Shown piece after piece: positions 58,003-64,000 of a stretch of DNA of 64,000 nucleotides (positions are counted from its first letter, which is position 1; every line of letters starts with the position of its first letter). The stretch spans positions 2,987,266 through 3,051,265 of the forward strand of contig NW_003314261.1 in the NCBI RefSeq assembly GCF_000143415.4, in the 5' to 3' direction. The position numbers and the translations under genes were made by a program. The notes beneath the pieces are model-generated. The model did not search any database. It had not been told where the DNA came from and was given only the letters and a program-made list of their open reading frames with translations. This DNA is from Selaginella moellendorffii (taxonomy: Eukaryota > Plantae > Lycopodiophyta).

Positions 58003-59890
58003 ACGTGCGAGAGCGTGAGCTGTGTTTTCTGTGTCGCCACTCTCGCGCCAGCCCAGCCTCAATTCCACCGGTGGACGGGATGGACGAAGGTGGTGCGCTC
58101 CTCGTCGAGGTAAATTGATCGAAGATTTCTTCTGCTATCTATATCTGCAACAAAACAAACCACGCCTCAAAGCAAGGAATTAAAAGCAAAAGTAAATTAA
58201 AAAAAATTAAAGAGAAAAAAGGACGAGAAAAAAACAAAAAAGTAAAGAAGCCCCTTTGGCGCTCGTGTGCTTGCTTGCTACGGGTCAACTTTGCTGGGAC
58301 TTTGCTTCACGTTAAATGACAGGGTAACCCCAGCGCAGCTTGATTGAAATTTTCAGAGGAGCGCCATCGCAAGCTAAGAATGGCAAGCTTGTTGGGGATA
58401 AGACGAAAAGGTCCGACGCTCGCTTTTCACGAATATAAACAGAGAGAATCAGATATGGATTTACCAAAATCGCGAGCTACCAATAGTGTTGGCAACAATC
58501 GTGTGCCATATTTAACAAGCGGACGATTAGCCAATCACACGCCGTAAACTCTTCCCCGCCGTGCGCGCCAATGCCGAGCAACTGCCAATCACAGTGGCCG
58601 AGGGCCCAATCCAATTGGCCCTGGCGCGTAGCCAATCACGGGAAATAACGACCGGAATTGTCACAATGCCAAGCAAAGTGCAGCGCATGTAGAAGAGCAG
58701 AATTGGGCGCTTGATTATAAGAGAGAGAGACAGCGGCAGCGGTGGTTCTGTATATTTTTAGGTTTCTCAATCACGGTAGAGTGCATGCCAAGCATGAACA
58801 AGATATTTCCCTTCCCCAGAGTTTTCTAGTTTTTTCCCCGAATAAAAGTGTATAAAAAAGCATTGTGGGAGAAAAACTTGCCTTGAAGGGGCATCCAAAG
58901 AGAGAGTGCTTTGTGCCGGTGGCGTGTCGGTCGAGGCACGACGGTGGTGGTATTTTTGTGTGTATAACAAGACTTTGATCTCGCGCTAGGCTGGCTTTCT
59001 ATTGCTATATACGTTTTTGTCTGTGCCGCCGTTGTTTACACAAGCAATCGCCTTGCTTGTCTTGTTTCTTCCCGCCAGAGTGAGCCGAACCAGCAAACAA
59101 CAGCGATTTAACAACGAAAGAGATAACGCAAGCCCATGGATCACAGCACAGACATTCCAGCTCTTTGTGTTGTCCACGCATAATCGCCCCCCGCCCCGGC
59201 AATTGCGAGCCCAGAAATCCCAAAAACAAGCAGAAGGGAGGCCTGGACGGACGCGATCTCGGCGAAAGCATATATAGTGTTTTGGGGTGCGATTAAAATA
59301 CGAGGCCTTTGGCCGGTTAGTTGCGGCGCACCGCATTTAAGCTTAGACAAATGGCGTTGCATCATCGATATATGGAATAGAAAATCTGCCGGCCAGTGGG
59401 ACTCGCTTCCTGAGTTGTATGGACTTTAGCTTGGGGGCTTGCGGCAGCTTTCAGTTAGGTTAGGGGCCAATGTTTCCTGGCTTTTGAATTTTAAGCCCCT
59501 TTTTCAAAGAATTTATGCTTTCCTTTCTTTGGTGTTAGCTTAAAGGTCTCTTGTGCGCGCGTGTGGTGGAGGATGGCTTGTCCATTGCTTGCTCTTGTCA
59601 CAAGTTGATGAATGGGGCAAGAAACATGAAATTCGGTGACGAGTACCAAGTTAGGTCACCCTCGCAAGAAAAAAAAAGAAAAAAAGAAAAACGAGCAAAC
59701 GAACGTTAGGTGGTGGTGGTGGAGATTGGTTAATTAAAATCGGGTTGGCTTTGGCTTTCGAGAGTTTGAAACTTCAAACTTGCCACACCTAACCCCGCGA
59801 GTGTATGCGCATATCCCTGGCGCCAATTTGGGTGCCCCCGCGCGCGCGAGTGACGTCGGAGATTCGTCCTGTGTATCCAACAAGAGAGCC

Positions 59891-61654
59891 CTAGCGAAGA
59901 TTGGATGTAAAAATCGGAGCCAATCGAGCCATCAATCGCAATCCCGGAACCGAAGCGGCGGGATCCATGGAATACCAATCTTGCGCTCGACATTGCAACT
60001 GCAAGAGGGATCGATCAGGGCGTGCGAGCGGAATCGCCACCATCGCCACTTGCCAAACAAAATCAAACGAGAATGAGTGGGACAATGAATCCAACGAGCA
60101 GAGGCACAACAGCACGCACGCACGCACACATACCACAAGCAGCACAAAAACGAGAGCTACACGGTTTTCGAGTGTCAAATTGGTGCCAGTATCTTTCAGA
60201 CTTGGAGTTACAACAGCGCGGGGGGAATATCTCGCGGATATTCCCCCCGTGGCTCTTCTGCTAGCCAGCTTGATCCGGCCTCGGCTTCTTGGAACGGTTG
60301 CCGGTGGCGGCAGCCGAATTGATCGTCCGGTTCTCCCAATCCCCGCAAAAGCCCTCGCGATTCCACCCCTCAAAATCGGCAAATCCCCCAAAAACAGGGG
60401 AGTTGCCGACGATGATCCGGAGGAACTGGGGCCGCAATCCGATGATTCCGGCTCTTGGGCGACTCGCAATCCGCTGGCAATGCCGCAATCCTGCGGCTGC
60501 TCGATCGAATTCTCCTCGTCCTCGGCCTTGGAGACGGCCTTGGAGATAGCCGGCGAAGCTGAGGCTTGCTCTTCCTCCTCCTCCTCGAGCTCCTCGGCGA
60601 AATCCGAAAGGTGCTCGAACGCATTCGCGGCGGGTGGCTGCCCCTGCGGCGATCGCACCACAATCCACTTGATGTCTTCCTCCAGCCTGGGCAGGTCGCC
60701 GGTGGCGCTGCTCTTGATCGAGAAGAAGCGGGAGAAATCCAAGGGGCTCCTCGGCGATATGGGCGCCGCCGGCGCTGCCTCAATCTTCTCCTCCTCCTCC
60801 TTCTCCTCCGCCGCCATCTCGCCGCTCACAAAGGGATGCCGCAAGAGCTCCTCGGCCGAGGCCCTGGAGCAGGGATCCCGGCACAGGCACTTGGCCAGGA
60901 AATCTCGCCCAGCGCTGGAGACGAAGCTGGGCAGCTCCGGGATCTCGTTGGAGCAAGCAATCTTGTACATGGCGACCATGGGGCTGGATCCACTCACCGC
61001 CTCGCCCCATGGCGCCTTGCCCGTGAGCATCTCGATCACCGTGCAGCCCAGCGACCAGATATCCGACGCCGCGCCCTGTTCTTCCTGCCTCACCGCCTCG
61101 GGCGCCATCCACAGCGGCGTCCCCTTCACTCCCCCGGCCATGGATTTGGCCCCGACCCTCTTGGCCGCCCCAAAATCCGCGAGCTTGACACTCTCGCAGC
61201 CGACGAGGATGTTCTTCCCCTTGATGTCGCAGTGGACGATCCCGCTCTTGTGGAGGAATTCCAGGCCTAGAAGGATTCCCCGCGTGTAGATCCTCACCAG
61301 GGACTCGTCCAGCTTCCCGCCCAGCTTGGCCATGAGATCCGCCAGGCTCCCCCCGGGCATGTACTCGAGGAAGACGTTCTTCATCGCGGGCTTGCTGGGC
61401 TCCGCGGCGGTGTCGTCGCCGCCAAGGCACCGGATGACCTGTGGGCAATCCAGGCTCTCCAGGATCTGGCGCTCGTTCTCCAGAGCCGCGATCTCGCCGC
61501 TGTTGCCCATCTCCGCGGATTTCACCGCGAAGAGCGAGCCATCCGCCCTGTTCACTGCCAGGCTCACGGTGCCAAAGGATCCAGCGCCGATTGCCTTGCC
61601 CCTGATCCACGAGAAGCCCTGTTTCTGCTGCTGATTCTCCATCGCCATCGCCAT
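59891..61654 (-). CDS. Second intronless MEKK-like MAP3K (tandem paralogue)
   Basis: IGAGSFGTV, FAVKS, HCDIKGKN, GTPLWMAPE and SPRSPLDF, with a hydrophobic Cys-rich stretch near the C terminus. Confidence 0.92.
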   Translation of the reverse strand: MAMAMENQQQKQGFSWIRGKAIGAGSFGTVSLAVNRADGSLFAVKSAEMGNSGEIAALENERQILESLDCPQVIRCLGGDDTAAEPSKPAMKNVFLEYMPGGSLADLMAKLGGKLDESLVRIYTRGILLGLEFLHKSGIVHCDIKGKNILVGCESVKLADFGAAKRVGAKSMAGGVKGTPLWMAPEAVRQEEQGAASDIWSLGCTVIEMLTGKAPWGEAVSGSSPMVAMYKIACSNEIPELPSFVSSAGRDFLAKCLCRDPCSRASAEELLRHPFVSGEMAAEEKEEEEKIEAAPAAPISPRSPLDFSRFFSIKSSATGDLPRLEEDIKWIVVRSPQGQPPAANAFEHLSDFAEELEEEEEEQASASPAISKAVSKAEDEENSIEQPQDCGIASGLRVAQEPESSDCGPSSSGSSSATPLFLGDLPILRGGIARAFAGIGRTGRSIRLPPPATVPRSRGRIKLASRRATGGISARYSPRAVVTPSLKDTGTNLTLENRVALVFVLLVVCVRACVLLCLCSLDSLSHSFSFDFVWQVAMVAIPLARPDRSLLQLQCRAQDWYSMDPAASVPGLRLMARLAPIFTSNLR

Positions 61655-64000
61655 CGCTGCTGCTAAAGCTCAAGATCCAAGATCGAGAATTTTTCCTTTC
61701 CCTCCTTTTGATTTTCCCCCTCTCTTGAAACACACCACGAACTGGTCTAGGGATTTGGAAGGAGGGGCGTGGCTTAAATAGAGCCGGGGATAAAGGCAAG
61801 GGAAAAGGTTAAAAGGCAAAACTCGTGGGTAAACTGGGCAAAAGTTTGAAAAAAATTTCCAGTTTGGCCCAACGGCGGGCGGGCGGGCTGCTACAGTCTC
61901 GGGCAGTCTGGGCAGCGACCCGGACACCGCCAATCACGCCCCATTTCGCATTGGCGTGACATCGCGGGTAGCTGGCCCGGGCAGCACGTTATTGGCCAGT
62001 AGCATCCCCCCGGGAATATGCTAATTTTCTGGGTTGGCGATATTTCTTTTCTTTCCATGACTGGGTGGCCTCGTGCCTTACTGTTCTCGTAGCATGATTT
62101 GCACATGGATGCCACTGGGTCCACAATGTGGGCATTTCAAACCAAAGCTATGGTACGGGTTAAAATCGCTTGCGTGGTTCCCATCCGGTGGCTGGATATC
62201 ACCACATGGGTAACTGGCATACCCATTTCTTTCACGTGGAGCTGATGCAAAGGGAGCTGCCAGGAAAGGGGGTGTCTGGCCTTGGCGCAGCTTCCTTGGA
62301 AGAAGCTGGCTCTCTTGGATCGCGAGGAAGGCGCTAGGAAGCTCGCATTTTATCACGTGGTGGTTGTCGAGGACGATAGCGTCTTCCTGGGCAGCTTCCC
62401 GCGAGTGAGATCAAGGAGGAACGAAACTCTCTTTCTTGTCGCGTTAGGGGGACCTTTCCAATCCAAGGGCTTGGATTTCGATCACATGGGCGCAAAACTG
62501 ACCCTCGCGGGAAGCTTCCCGCCACGAAGGTGGACCAAAAACTCCTTGTAAGATCTTTTTGTTGTCACGCAATCGCAAGGTCACTTGTTGGCTTGAATGG
62601 TGTTTGTTTTGTTTCGCCTCGTCCTTTTGCAAGACCCTGTGAAGCTTCTATGGCAACTTCGCTGGTGGAACTAAACTCCTCAAGAACTACTCTATATCAC
62701 AGTCAATTTGAGAATGAGCACCGGAAGTATCGAATCGAAGGTCAAGTGGGGTCTCTTTAAAGATCCATTCCGCCAAAGTCCTCTCCTATATCACACCGCC
62801 AAAGCGTTGGGGTCATTCATTCCTTGTCCTAGGCAATATTGACCGCCCCTTTCTTGTTAGATTGTTTGGAGCTCTCCAAAAGACTTGAATTGTGAACAGT
62901 CCTAAGCCATCCCGTGAAGGGTGTGAAAGGCGAAACTTCGAGGGGAGCTTCGATGCAGCTGCAAGCAAAGCTTTTCTCTGCAGAGAAGCAAATCATGTCG
63001 TGGCATTGTTATCGAAAAGAAGGCAACCTTTCGGTCAATCATGCAGGTGAGAGAGTGGACTAAGGGGTAGCCACGAGCAAAAGTCAGCCCGTTGACAAAT
63101 GGCCTACAGTGGGGGGGCTTGACAAAAAGAAAGAGAAACGAAAAGAGGTGCATGACTCCACTAGTGGAACACTGGACGCGCCCACGCCTTGCATTAAAAC
63201 GACGCCTCTTGGGCACAAAAGTGGTGCCCGGCTGGGGCATACGCGGCACAAACGTAAGATCCCACACTATCTCGCATCTCAAACATGCCAGCACGATATA
63301 TGATGCGCTCGCTTCTCGGGGGAGATGAGATGTTTTTCCAGCCCAGGTTGCTGCGAAGGTGGCCCGCGTCCATATCATCCCCCACCACGGCGATAACATT
63401 TGGCATCAAGGACCGCTCACACATTCTTTTATAGAAGATGAGGTCGCCAACAGTGCGCACGAAGAGGATTTCGCCAACAGTGCCCCCCCGGGACGATCTG
63501 GTGACGATACAGGTGGAGAGTTGGAGACGAGCTCCATGGCAATAGAACTTGGGTGGCTGGCTGGCTGGCACCGCCCACACACAGGATCGCAAAGCGTCTT
63601 AAAAAAACAAAGGGATGATCTTCCCAGATCACAGGCCAAGTGTCGAGAGAAGCACACAACTTTCCAAATGTCCGGTATCCGAGCGAGAAGTTCCCATGGC
63701 GACGGGTAGCTTGGCTCACGTCTTTACACTTGGCTCGTCATCTTGGATTCGCTGCACCACCAAACGCCGTGTAACAGAGGTTGAGTGTGTCATGCCGGCA
63801 TCACTTTTTTTGTGTGTGGCCGGTCAATACGAGTTGAATTGTTTGACTGGCTTTTGGCTGCCTGGACCAATGAGATGGGCACACGCACCTCCTGGACCCA
63901 GCGTTGTTCTAACCAGTGCGAAACAGAGCAAAGAGTTAGATCGATAATGAATGAAACTTCAACAGGGGAGCCAACACAGCAAGATTGATTGCTGATACAT

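Noticed and set aside
59901-61289. 462-aa plus-strand ORF (and the 447-aa ORF at 56202-57545)
   Set aside because: Antisense shadows of the GC-rich MAP3K coding sequences, with no independent motifs.
62600-64000. Several 100-165-aa ORFs at the window end
   Set aside because: Overlapping frames on both strands with no motif or splice-supported model.

Overview
Gene-dense, intron-compact (mostly 50-90 nt introns) land-plant nuclear DNA. Style and gene content suggest a lycophyte such as Selaginella (inference, not proven). 1-4.6 kb is a nest of decayed LTR elements (Gypsy integrase plus 3' LTR, a TRIM-like mini element, a gag remnant) and a MITE-like hairpin. About 21 protein genes and one tRNA follow, in order: KDM2/KDM7-type JmjC demethylase, glyoxalase I, a low-complexity orphan, F-box/LRR, nodulin-like MFS, PLS-E PPR, GT106 O-fucosyltransferase family, dirigent, catalytically altered pepsin-fold protein, tRNA-Ala(CGC), RAD51B, dirigent-like, GT47 exostosin, a 378-aa orphan, P-class PPR (At5g39980/PDM3-like), CesA, two EXORDIUM-like genes with LINE relics between them, ERI-type exonuclease with GRF zinc finger, LpxK, RPC9/CRCP and two intronless MAP3Ks. 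Most notable: (1) the JmjC gene belongs to a demethylase group reported missing from Arabidopsis/rice and needs both a U12 AT-AC intron and a GC-AG intron; (2) an inverted, deletion-riddled copy of that gene starts just after the stop of the nearby F-box gene; (3) a rearranged 31-35.6 kb block holds an orphan ORF family and a PPR::exostosin fusion relic; (4) LpxK and RPC9 ATGs are only 51 bp apart; (5) a tRNA lies on the same strand between RAD51B and the pepsin-fold gene. Gene models were spliced by eye, so internal exon limits are approximate.
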